From: Octopus vulgaris
Lineage: Eukaryota
Assembly: GCA_951406725.2 (NCBI GenBank)
Contig: OX597820.1
Span: 14,756,001-14,820,000 of the forward strand
Direction of reading: 5' to 3'
DNA length: 64,000 nt
Position 1 is the first letter of the stretch. Every line of letters starts with the position of its first letter. Position numbers and translations under genes: made by a program. Below, one piece after another: positions 52,922 to 64,000 of the stretch. The notes beneath the pieces are model-generated. The model saw nothing but the letters and a program-made list of their open reading frames with translations. It made no database searches and was not told where the DNA came from.

Positions 52922-52964
52922 CCCACACACACACATATACATATATGTACACATACATTCATAT

Positions 52965-53695
52965 ATCATCATCATCATCATCATCGTTTAACGTCCGTTC
53001 TCCATGCTAGCATGGGTTGGACGGTTCGACTGGGGATCTGGGAAGCCAGAAGGCTGCACCAGGCTCCAGTCTTATCTGGCAGTGTTTCTACAGCTGGATG
53101 CCCTTCCTAACGCCAACCACTCCGTGAGTGTAGTGGGTGCTTTTTACGTGCCACCTGCACAGGTGCCAGGCGAGGCTGGCAACGGCCACGGTCGGATTGG
53201 TGTATTTTATGTGCCACCGGCACGGAAGCCAGACGAGGCGGTGCTGGCATCGGCCACGAGTCGGATGGTGCTTTTTACGTACCACCAGACCAGGGATCCT
53301 GGCTGGTTCAATTCGATTTCGATTTTGCTTGCTCCAACATGTCTTCGCAAGCAAGGGTTTGGCATGGGTGCCTGTTGTACGGTCAGATTGGTGTATTTTA
53401 CGTGCCACCGGCACGGAAGCCAGTGGAGGCGGCGCTGGCATTGGCCACGAGTCGGATAGTGCTTTTTACGTACCACCAGACCAGGGAACCTGGCTGGTTC
53501 AATTCGATTTCGCTTGCCCCAACATGTCTTCGCAAGCAAGGGGGTTGGCATGGGTGCCTGTCGTACGGTCAGATTGGTGTATTTTACGTGCCACCAGCAC
53601 AGAAGCCAGTGGAGGCGGCGCTGGCATCGGCCACGAGTCGGATAGTGCTTTTTACGTACCACCAGACCAGGGATCCTGGCTGGTTCAATTCGATC
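52965..53695 (-). mobile_element. SINE family 1 with about 190-bp internal tandem expansion, nested in a family 3 SINE
   Basis: Units 53190-53380, 53381-53566 and 53567-53694. Host SINE halves at about 52673-52870 and 53826-53985. Confidence 0.8.
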
Positions 53696-53764
53696 ACACA
53701 TATATATATCTATATATATATATATATATATATGTGTGTATCTATATATATACACACACACACA

Positions 53765-53829
<65 letters not shown>

Positions 53830-54177
53830 CAAGCTTCTTTCAGTTTCCATCTACCAAATGTAGTCACAAGGCTTTGGTCAACCTGAGGCTATAGTAGAAG
53901 CTACTTGTCAAGGTACCATGCAGTGAAACTGAACCTAGAACCATGTGGTTGGGAAGCAAATTTCTTACTGCACAGCCACGCTTGTGCATTTATTATTAAG
54001 CAAAAAAAGAAAAATGACGGAAGGGAACATTAGCTAATGTAATAATATGTACTGCCTGAGAAAATATCAATGGTCACCGACCACAGGAATCATAGCATTA
54101 CTTTAGCAGGTTTACCTGAGGTTAAACAAGAACTACCATCTACCATAATTACCTACTAAATGTCATAATACATTATG

Positions 54178-54229
<52 letters not shown>

Positions 54230-55554
54230 TATATATATGTGTGTGTTATAGTTTATGCACACACACAAACACATACATACATACATATATATATACTCAC
54301 ACATGTACATACATACATACATACACACAGTTCAAATCCCATTAAGTTGATTTTAAAAAAATAAAAAAAATTCTTCTGCTTCCATATCTCCCTCCCACGC
54401 ACACCCACACACATACTTGCATACACAGAAGTGGATAAAAGTGAGAACGCTGCTGAAGTGAATAGCTCTTCAGCTTTAGGGATAAGTTTGGTGCTGTGTT
54501 AGTTTATCGTTCATTGATCATAGCTAAAATCTAAGTCACAACGCTGCTGCTGCTGCTACTACTACTACTACCACTACTACTACTACCACCATTGTTACTG
54601 TTGCAGCTGCTCGGAAAATATTAATTACTCCCGTCATATGACTGTGATGGCTTAGAAATTAATGATGCAAATGAGAAACTGATTGTTGGATAAGATCTGG
54701 AAAATTGATCTGTTGTTTTTCAAATTCTGAAAGATATCAGAATGATTAGGTTGTTGTTTGGAAATGTGGAGTTGCTATGGCGTTTTATTTCAGTATGTGA
54801 ATTAGTCATCATCATCTAGGAACTAACTACAAAAGGACATGATCATCAGTTATGTTATTGGCTTAAAGCTGGGTCATTATTTCTTTGAAACATTAATGCT
54901 ATGTGGCTGTTTACTGGTGTAAGCGGTATTAAACAGCTGGGCATGTGTTTTAATGTATTCGAACCAATTTTGTTTGACTTTTAGGCGAAAAGTGTCACAT
55001 AATCACATTTTTCCCAGACTTTCCATAGATGTAAGACTTTGTGCCCATGGAGGAAATTGCCATTGTCATCCTAGTTATTAGTATTATTAATGTGTAATAA
55101 TGTATAAGCTTTGTAAAGTGATTGACAAATATATAGAAACAACAAGAGGACTGTTTAGTCCTGCTGAGGGCCAAGTTACCTCTCTGGTGTTGATGCTATA
55201 GTTTAATGTACTTATCAGACTGTTGAGTAACTGAAGGGAATTATCATCATTATTATTAATGTGTAATGCTTTATAAAGTATAAAGGGGTTGACAAATAAA
55301 TAGAAACACACCCTGTAATGTAGCTGGATGAACTTATCATCATTATAAGTATTAGAGAGGTTAAGGTATGTAAAAAGGGGCCTGGGTAGGTTTCTTGTTG
55401 CTGAAAAGCTACATGGCTACTTGGATTATTCAAGATTAGTTGAGAATAATCATAGTAGAACTGGAAAGACAGAGGTAAATGGTAGTGGTCAGTGTGGACC
55501 CTCAAGAAGATGACTAGAAGTTAGTGGGGATTGAATGAAAAGAAAAAAAAATTA

Positions 55555-55855
55555 ACTGGCACTGTTTATGATAAGGGTTCCAGTTGATCCAATTAATGGA
55601 ACAGCCTGTTGGTAAAATTAATGTACAGGTGGCTGAATACTCCACAGATGCATAACATCAACACAGTTCTCTGGGAGATTCGGTGTGACACAGAATGTGA
55701 CAGGGCCAGCCCTTTGAAATACAGGTACTAATTGATTTTGCCTGCTGAGTGGACTGGAGTCACGTGAAATGAAGTGTCTTGCTCAAGGACATAACATGCC
55801 TCTGAGTATCGAACACATGGGTTGAATACTCCTAACCACTGAGCCACAAGCCTAC
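55555..55855 (-). mobile_element. tRNA-headed SINE family 4
   Basis: gtgaaatgaagtgtcttgctcaagga...cctaaccactgagcc, shared with the hAT-interrupted copy at about 42470-43143. Confidence 0.6.
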
Positions 55856-57721
55856 ACGTGAGGGCTGAATAGCAGTAATAGTTCATGGGTAGTGTAAGAG
55901 ATGATTAGGGATGGTGTGGTGGGTTGTGAATATACTGAACCAAGGGTTGAGGGTTGGTCGATGATAAATATGGGTTTATGGGAAAGTTTATTGGCTGTAA
56001 ATTGTCGACATGTTTGAGACCATTGGCAAGCTGGAAATGAATCTGAGTAACATGTAATCGGAGTAAATGAAAGGCAGAAAGACAAGCAGACAGTCTGGCA
56101 GGTTTGTATTTGAAGCATGTCACTGCTATAATAACATCAGCAAAGAAACTTGTAATGGATAACTCGACCAATTAGAAACTATTTCTACATTCTAATCGTG
56201 TCTTTGGAAATGGTATTAGAAACTTAGATTTCCAACAGAAAAAGGTTAATTTGCTAATAATATCTTCACTCTGAGTCTCTCTCTCTCTCTCTCTCTCTCT
56301 CACAAACACTCTCTTACTAATTTCCTAAAGCATTCTACTTTATAAATTAAAGGCTACGTTGACTAAGTTTTATTGAAGCATTCATAAACAAGGTAATATT
56401 TGTCTACGTTGAATTACAGTAACTTGTTTTCTTCATTGTGCTGCCCTATGTAGTATCTTCATAAAGGATTTTTAAAGCTGTGACCTTCACTAGCTATTGT
56501 AATTCTTTCTATTTCTGAACAAGAAAGCCATATTTTCGGTTTTGTTAAGGTATCAATTTCTAGAAACGAAAACGGAGTTGATTCATGACAAATAAATCTT
56601 GGCCATCTCAGGGTTTAATGCAGTCCTTGGGGCCTTTGTTGGAATATCTGTGTGACATACTTGTTGAGGATTAACACTTGATCCACTTCACGGGAAGAAC
56701 TAGTCTGTTATTTACTACCACGTGGTAGTAACTTAATCTTTTGACAATGCAGTTTCAAAGTAAATATTAAATTGTTGTTATGTCTGCTTTAGATGGACAC
56801 TTTCTGTATAATGGTAGTAAATTTCCTATGAATTGATAGTGACCTGCCTCAGTTCTTTCTATTCGTAATCATTTCTATAATAAATACCTTTGATGTCCTT
56901 CACAAAATGTATGAACTTCTGAGGTTCAAATATGTCCCGTTTTCTCGAAGCATTATTCTAATTCATTTCCACAGTTTACTTTCCATCGATGTTATTTTAG
57001 CCCGCGAGGAACAACATGGAAAACACTATTTACTTTTTCATAAATCTAAGAAACTAAGTTATAGTTTTAACTAACGTTTAGAGACTGTATGCACAGGCAC
57101 CCTATGACCCTCGGGCTGCATGCAAGTCTCCCGTGTCCTCTCATGACAGTATGGCATTCACACTGTCATAATAGTGTAAGCATAAGTTATTTTACTAAAA
57201 CTTACGAGCGAAATGTTCAGCTTTGTCTCTGTGCATTCAAACACTTTCGTTTCTTTCTCTCATTCACCCACGCTTCCTCTCAATCAATATTTTTTATGAT
57301 TCACTTAGCGCAGTGTATGGTGTACTCTGTAACTGCTTACGAGGTTTGTTATCTTATTCTTTAAGTGATGCAGCTTGATTTACGATGAGCAGTATCTCAA
57401 AAGGCTGACCAGGCCTGATACAATTTAGAGAATAGTGTCTGCATATATGGATGGCTGAAGTACACAGCAGTCTCCTTACTTCATTAATCCCCATCACTAC
57501 TTTAGCATACAATTTCTCGTAATGGAATTCTCTCTTTCTCTTCCTCCCTCATCATTTATTTACTATTTTTGAATTTATTTGAAGCATCGAGTACGAAAAT
57601 AATTGTCATATATTTTTTGTGTCTAAACAAGCTACCGTAGTTGTCTCCCTTACATCCACGCACCTTAAAACTATTTTATTCCGTTAACTTTTCTGCGAGT
57701 TGCGAGAGAGGGGAAAGGGTT

Positions 57722-57763
57722 TCGTTCCAACGTTTCGAGCAAGTCCTTTCTTCAGAGAAACGA
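57722..57763 (-). ncRNA. Degenerate minimal type-I hammerhead-ribozyme-like motif
   Basis: Minus strand tcgtttct-CTGAAGA-aaggacttgctc-GAAACGTT-ggaacga. Core motifs, palindromic AACGTT stem III and pairable stem I are present; stem II is damaged. Confidence 0.45.
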
Positions 57764-58934
57764 TGACACACATCAGTTCTAGTTTCTTGTAATTCCATTC
57801 TCCACGTTGTTTACTTAATGAGTTCACTTGCACTTTGGTTCTATAAAGATCTCATTCAATCGATCATAAGTTATTGAGAAAAAGAAAAGATTTCTCTTCA
57901 ACACCCAATCTTTAATGCGCATAAAGATTAGTAATGCTCTTGCTCTTGTTTCCCAGTCTGTGATTTCATGTCTGGCTGCTGTTCGTTACTATATTGTACT
58001 TGAACCAGCGACCGGCTTGAAATGGCAGCCAAATTCACCCTGAACTCGCACATACCTTTCAAAACAAGCGCATTTGATAATGTAGTTTTTAGATACACTG
58101 GGTCTGAAAAGAAAAAAGATTAAAAAATATATAGATGATCGATGCTAGATCACCTTTTGCTCATAAGTTCGCCCGATCAATGATTAAACAAGAACTATAT
58201 TGTAATACCTAGTATTCAGGCATTATTTATTATTAATGTTCGTCTATTTGGCCCCCTACGCAGACCTTGCTTTATTTTATTAAAAGACATTATTTCCCAT
58301 ACATGTGGGCTCCCATACTCGGTCAGACCTTGTTTCATTAAGAGATTTGGTGCAGCAGCGTCATTGAAGACGTTTGATCTGTGTTAATAGTGCTTTCCGT
58401 TGTTGTTTGATGATGAGGTAGGATTTATTCATCATCTTTATTGTAGTGAAAAGATTGTTTGAACTCTTATGAAGTGATGGAACTTGTTCAGATATTGATT
58501 GGGGAAGTGCTGGCGTAGGGAATAGAGATGTACGTGTGTATGTGTGTGAGAGAACAATGCAAATATTATGATTTATATGTGTGTACCTTTGAAAAGCTCA
58601 TCCAATTAACCACTATAATTGTTTCTCATATTTTCCACTCTCTTGAACCAGCTATAATAGTGTCTGAATGGTCTTGGCAAAGGAAGTCCATTAAAATTAT
58701 AGATTTAAACTTAGTACTATAATTGTGAAACTATATTTAAACTTCATCTATATAAGGCGCCGTTAAAAGCTTATAATTTTCGCAATGTTTCTCTGGCATC
58801 TTAACTTTTCTTGCTGCTAGTAATAATCTCAAAAGTCTAATGTAAATAGAAATTTTATTATCTTTATGACATTCTAACTGCTATTGTTTTGCGTTCGTAA
58901 TTCCTGTCCATAAAACATTACACGATGTTTAATA

Positions 58935-59238
58935 TCTTCTCTATACCAGATTCTAAGTAAGAAAACATATTCTTGAAATTTTACTACTGCGATATTTAAC
59001 TGAACATTTTTATCCCACTCATTTATATAAAGAGTCGTACTGTCTATATTATTTGAGAGAGATACCAGAGTGTGTTTAGTCACCTCTCTATACCAGAGTG
59101 TAAATTGTTCATACTATGTTTAAGTGAGAAAACGCACATAATTCTTGTAATTTTAGCAGTGTGATTTAAAACAGAACATTTTTAGCAACACTCATTATTT
59201 AAAGAGGCACACTGTCTATATTGTTTGAGAGAGAGATA
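58935..59238. repeat. Diverged tandem duplication, about 150-bp period
   Basis: ctctataccaga...aagt[a/g]agaaaac...gaacattttta...cactcatt...actgtctatatt[a/g]tttgagagaga occurs twice. Confidence 0.75.
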
Positions 59239-60636
59239 GCGAAAGTGTACGTGTGTATGAGTGTGTGATAGTGTAAAGTTAGAGAGCCCCAGCTATCAGC
59301 ACAAAGCTGGTGGATAGGGGAATACGTTAATGCAACATATGTACGTGTGTGTGTGTCGTTATAGATAAAAGAATTGCATGGTATTATATATATATGAATG
59401 AATGAGAAAGTTTAATATTAATGGATTTCAAGAATGTTGCTGAAACCCATTCATAAAAGTCGCCCAGTTTTTCTTTTACCGGTTTTAATTTGGACCGTTT
59501 TAATTTTCAACGTTTTTAATTTCTAAAAAGTTAAATTATTTAGAAAACAATTATAGATTAAAAAAAAATAAACAACCGTATTTATTTGTTTTTCTAAAAA
59601 AGCTCTTAACTCAATGGTCGGGAATTAGTTTTCTTCTTTCTCTCTCTCCGTCTTGAGAACGAGTTTAAATTCTAGTCTAAAATAGATTATCAGCATTTTG
59701 TTATTTCTTCTAACTTTTTTAACTTTTTTAATCTAGCTTTTTTCTTCTAATCAATATTATGGATATTGAAAAAAATTATTTCTTCCTTTAGCTATTTTAA
59801 TTTTATTTTTACGTAAATATTCTTTCCCAATGCAAACATTTCTCTCTGAGTTAGTCTCATTCTATTCTTCTCCGTCCCCCAACACATAAATACACACTTA
59901 AAACTTCTCTTAAAGTTTCGTGTTTATATCCAATTCGTTCATTGTTTTTACGTTCATCTTCTATTCTATGCCGTTTTCCCCACTCCCGTTTTGACCTCTT
60001 AAGCCTTGGGTTTTAAGCACTGACCTGTTTAATAATAATAATCTGTGATTTATACAAAATACTTCAGTAACTTGTTTAAGAATTTAAACCAAAAATTAAC
60101 CTTACTCGAATACACGCGCAATACCATACAACAACATTTATTTAACTATTTAAATATTAAAAGCTTTGTGCGTAATAAACACATTCTTTTAGGAAGTTAT
60201 TGCTTTCTTTTTCCGTATTGTCTTTTCGGAAACTATTAGCAAATTAGCAAGGCCACAACCACATTATTTTGTTGAGGAAACTTATTTTCTTACGTGAATC
60301 ATAAAAGACTCCCTACCGTTTTATTATTATTATTATTAAGACAAAAGAAATCTTATACAACTTATCGCAGCTTACTCTAACTTTGATTGAGATTTTGTTC
60401 GTTGTTTGTCAAGTACTCTGGTCGAGTTTATGGTCCTTCCTTACTCTCATATTTCAATCTACTGTAAATTTGCTGATTTCGTTAACTTTACGTATTTGTT
60501 TGTAATCTTATATTTGCTATCTTTGGTTTCTTTTACGTTTGCTTTACAATGTTCTGCAAACTGCTAAATTATATTCATTGTATTTGGTTTTTGGATGTGG
60601 TTTGCAAGATTCTTTATATGAGTTCGTGTGTTGAAG

Positions 60637-60826
60637 TATATTCTGTTGTGTCTGGGGAGAGTCATTTTCTTTTTGTGCCTTAAAACTATTGAAAAAGTTG
60701 CAAGACGCAACGAAAATTTTTAGGAAAATAAAACTAAGAAAAAAAAAAGTGGAAATTTTACCGGTGAGTGTGTTACATTACAAGGCACAAAAAGAAAATG
60801 ACTCTCCCCAGACGCAACAGAATATA
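60637..60826. repeat. Inverted repeat (45-bp arms, 1 mismatch, 100-bp spacer)
   Basis: tatattctgttgtgtctggggagagtcattttctttttgtgcctt (60637-60681) versus 60782-60826. Confidence 0.9.
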
Positions 60827-61219
60827 TTTATTATATTTTTCTCTTATGAAGTATATTTGTTTTTGTTTTTTTTTTTCAAATTCCTTCGAAAATGTTAATG
60901 ATGTTTCGTTTTGTTTTTAAGCAGCCGAAGACGAGAACTTTTAATATTTATTTATTTATTTTGTGAAAATGCAGGTTTTAGCTCATTCTGTCAAGCATAT
61001 CATTTGCAAATTATTCCGCAATCATCTTCATCGTTCTTCTCATCACCATCATCACCTTCGGCGTTAGTATAATCGTTTATTGTTTTGCCTGTCTTTGCCG
61101 TGGGTTGTTAAGACGACACCTATTCAGGTAGATTTTCGCCAGCTGGATACTTTTCCTGTCGCAACACTCACACGACCTTGTGTAAGTGCATATATATTTG
61201 AGCCTGCGTGTTTGAGAGA

Positions 61220-61371
61220 GAGTTACATCGACCCCAGTGCGAAACTGGTACTTCATTTATCGACCCCGAAAAGATGAAAGGCAAAGTCGACCTCGGCGGA
61301 ATTTGAACTCAGACGTAATACCGCTAAGCATTTCGCCCGGTGCGCTAACGTTTCTGCCAGCTCGCCGCCTT
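61220..61371 (-). mobile_element. SINE family 2, CpG-intact (young-looking) copy
   Basis: Retains many CpGs that are TpG/CpA in other copies. Confidence 0.8.
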
Positions 61372-61689
61372 GTGTGTGATTATTATAGCCTGTTTTTGAT
61401 ATCTTCCCCCTATTTACTATATTTTCCTTGACATACTGGAGTGTTTTTTATGAAGTAAAACCTTTCTTCAACAACTGACTCTTTTGTGAAAGATGTTCCA
61501 ACGTATTATAGTATTGCTTCTTTTAACCACTCTCAGAACAAACAGTAATTGTCGGTTCTTAAAAGTCTGTGAGTCTACAGCTGGTGGTAGCATTTATGAC
61601 GGTTGCTGTAAACATCCTTGCTAACTTTAAGCCTCCGCTATTAATCCTTTTAACCTTAACAGCTGACGGTGGTTCTTATTAATATGTAA

Positions 61690-61945
61690 GCGATATCTAA
61701 CCAAATATTATTTGGGGAAGCAATACGTTTTTAAGAGAAGAGTTTTGAGTGCTTCGTTTTGATGCTAGGGCTGTTGACTAACCGGTAGAACACCTACGAA
61801 AATCATGCTTGGAATTGTGGGAGTTCTCCGCAGGGTTCTTGAAGCATGACCAGTAAAACGAGTGTTACCTTGGTCTGTTGACTGTGGACAGCTGACTCTT
61901 TCCATCGTACCCAGCAAAATAAACAGTGAGTTTTCATCTAATAAT
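61690..61945 (+). mobile_element. R4/Dong-like LINE 3' fragment
   Basis: PVEHLRKSCL-GIVGVLRRVLEA* (cf. LQKxxLLGTARILRRVL), followed by a short 3' UTR ending aataat. Confidence 0.55.
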
Positions 61946-62419
61946 ATTAACAATCCTTTGCTGTCTTTTATTGCATGGTTTGACAGGAACTGGTGAACTA
62001 CAGTAGGCACATCAAACTGCAGTGTTTCTATGGGTCACATTGCTCACTTACATGTTGCTATGGGGGGTCACGTATTTCTAAACATACGTTTACAAAGATT
62101 TCTGTCACATACAATTTTTTACTATTAAGTAAAAGTCTTTTAGAATCTTTTATTTGCTCATCAATAATCTTATTTTTATTAATTAATTTTATTATTAAGA
62201 ATTTTTCTTTCGTTTCCCCATTTTTTAAAGCTCTAGCCACGCGACTCGTAGGTTACCTTTGTGTTTGAAAAGAGCCACATGTGGCCTGAGCACCGCATGG
62301 GGCCTGAGTACCACATGTTTGACATACCTGAAATAGACAATGGTGCTAAGCTTCAATGTCTTTTGGTATAGTTTTCCATGATTGGATGCCCTTCCTTATA
62401 GAGTAATGGTTTTTAATTT

Positions 62420-63855
62420 TGTCTCAAGCCCTCCAGTTTTCATGGGGGAGTATTACTCAATACCATTGTCCTCAATTCATCACTGGTATTTTATTTCATA
62501 GACCTCGAAAAGATGAAAGGCCAAGTTGGCTTCAGCAGGATTTGAACTCAGAATGTAAAGAGCCAGAAGAAATACCACGAAATATTTCTTCCGATGCTCT
62601 AACGCTTCTACCATCTTGCTGTCTTAGTAATGTTTATAATGATTATGATTTCTAATAGGTACAAGACACCAGATTTGCTAGGTAGGCCCTATAGCCAGTT
62701 ATATCAACCCCAGTATTTCACTGGTTCTTGTTTTATCAACCCTGGAAAGATGAAAGTTAAAAGGGTGGTGGATGTTTTTTTAATTTTTTTTTTTTATAAA
62801 GGGATAAACTATACAAACATACCTTTAGTAAGAGAATTAACATTGTTAATAGAATAATTTCAGGAGGCAATTAAAACTGTGTTGGAAGCTCAGTTTAACA
62901 CAAATTACTGTGTACATGTTTATTCATCATAATCATCGTTTAGCGTCCGTTTCCATGCTAGCATGGGTTGGACGGTTCGACCGGAGTCTGGCAAGCCAGG
63001 AGGCTGCACCAGGCTCCAATCTGATCTAGCAGTGTTTCTACAGCTGGATGCCCGTAATAATTCTTTCTACTATAGACACAAGGCCTGAAATGCTTGGGGA
63101 ACAGTACTTGTCAGTTGTATCAATCTCAGTACTCAGCTGGTACTTATTTCATCGACCCTTAAAGGGTGAAAGGTAAAGTCAACCTCAGCTGAATTTGAAC
63201 TCAGAACATAAAAAGCAAATGAAATGCTGCTAAGCATTTTGTCCAGCATACTTGACTGGGACTTGATTGTATTACCCTCCAAGGAATAAAAAAGCAAAAT
63301 CAGTCTTAGCAGGGTTTGAACTTGGAACTCCAAGAGCTAGCTGCGAAACATTTTGTATGATGTTCTAACAGGTCTGCCAATCCAGTCTTGATAATGATGT
63401 TAATTATAATTATAATCCTTTTAACTATAGGCACAAGGCCTGAAATTTTTGTGGGAGAGGGCTAGTTGATTACTTCAACCACAGTGCACAACTGGTACTT
63501 ATTTTATCAGCCCCAAAAAGATGAAAGGCAAAGGTGACCAATGTAAAATTTTAACTCGGTACATATAGACGGCTGAAGTTCCATTAAGCATTTTATATGA
63601 CATTAACGATTCTACTAGCTCGTTACCATAATAATAATAATAATGTTCAGTTTTTCTTCTATAGGCACATGGCCTGAAATTTGGAGGAATGGGCTAGTTT
63701 GACCCAAATTGTTGACTGGTACTTATTTCACTCACTTCAAAAAGATGAAAGGCAAAGTTGACCTCAGTAGAACTTGAACTCAGGACAAAGACAGACAAAA
63801 TTCCCATTAAGCATTTTGTTTGGCATTAACAATTCTACCAGCTTGCCACTTTAAT
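62420..63855 (-). mobile_element. Array of about 6 same-orientation family 2 SINE copies
   Basis: Repeated ctggtacttatttc/t...gatgaaaggcaaagt...tgaactcag blocks separated by (AAT)n. Confidence 0.75.
62925..63055 (-). mobile_element. SINE family 1, 3' fragment
   Basis: catcgtttagcgtccgtttccatgctagcatgggttggacgg...ctggatgccc. Confidence 0.75.
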
Positions 63856-64000
63856 AATAAGAATAACGATGATGATGATAGTAATAATAATAGTAATGAT
63901 AATAATAAGAATATTTCAAAGTCTTTCATAAACTACACATTTCAGGTGATGGCACATTGAAGCATTTAAGCTCCTTTCAACCTCAGCTAGAATAGCAAAA

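Noticed and set aside
53004-53863. ORFs up to 230 aa starting MLAWVGRFD (also 115-501 and 22737-23120)
   Set aside because: They lie within SINE family 1, are open in several frames, and frames are not conserved among copies.
61607-61620. tgtaaacatccttg, resembling the miR-30 5' end
   Set aside because: Match stops at 14 nt, there is no proper precursor hairpin, and miR-30 is a vertebrate family.

Overview
AT-rich, microsatellite-dense eukaryotic genomic DNA. The SINE/MITE repertoire and (TA)n/(ATT)n/(CAT)n load look like a coleoid cephalopod, most likely Octopus (inferred, not checked by search). Only one host gene is supportable: a + strand CXXC zinc-finger gene with a small start exon (21401-21513, ATG 21496) spliced in phase 0 to a large terminal exon (26592-28094), giving about 506 aa. 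It has a short-linker TET/IDAX-type CXXC domain, a PxDLS (CtBP-type) motif, SIM-like motifs and an unrecognised C-terminal region, with no catalytic domain. The rest is transposon-derived: several SINE families, TTAA-flanked piggyBac-type MITEs, hAT MITEs with 8-bp TSDs, a full-length decayed DD37D (maT) mariner, a Tc1 remnant, a non-autonomous Helitron, and R4/Dong-type and RTE LINE fragments. There are also several fold-back palindromes, some with hammerhead-ribozyme-like cores. Almost all other ORFs in the track are microsatellite or repeat artefacts. Coordinates of decayed repeats are approximate.
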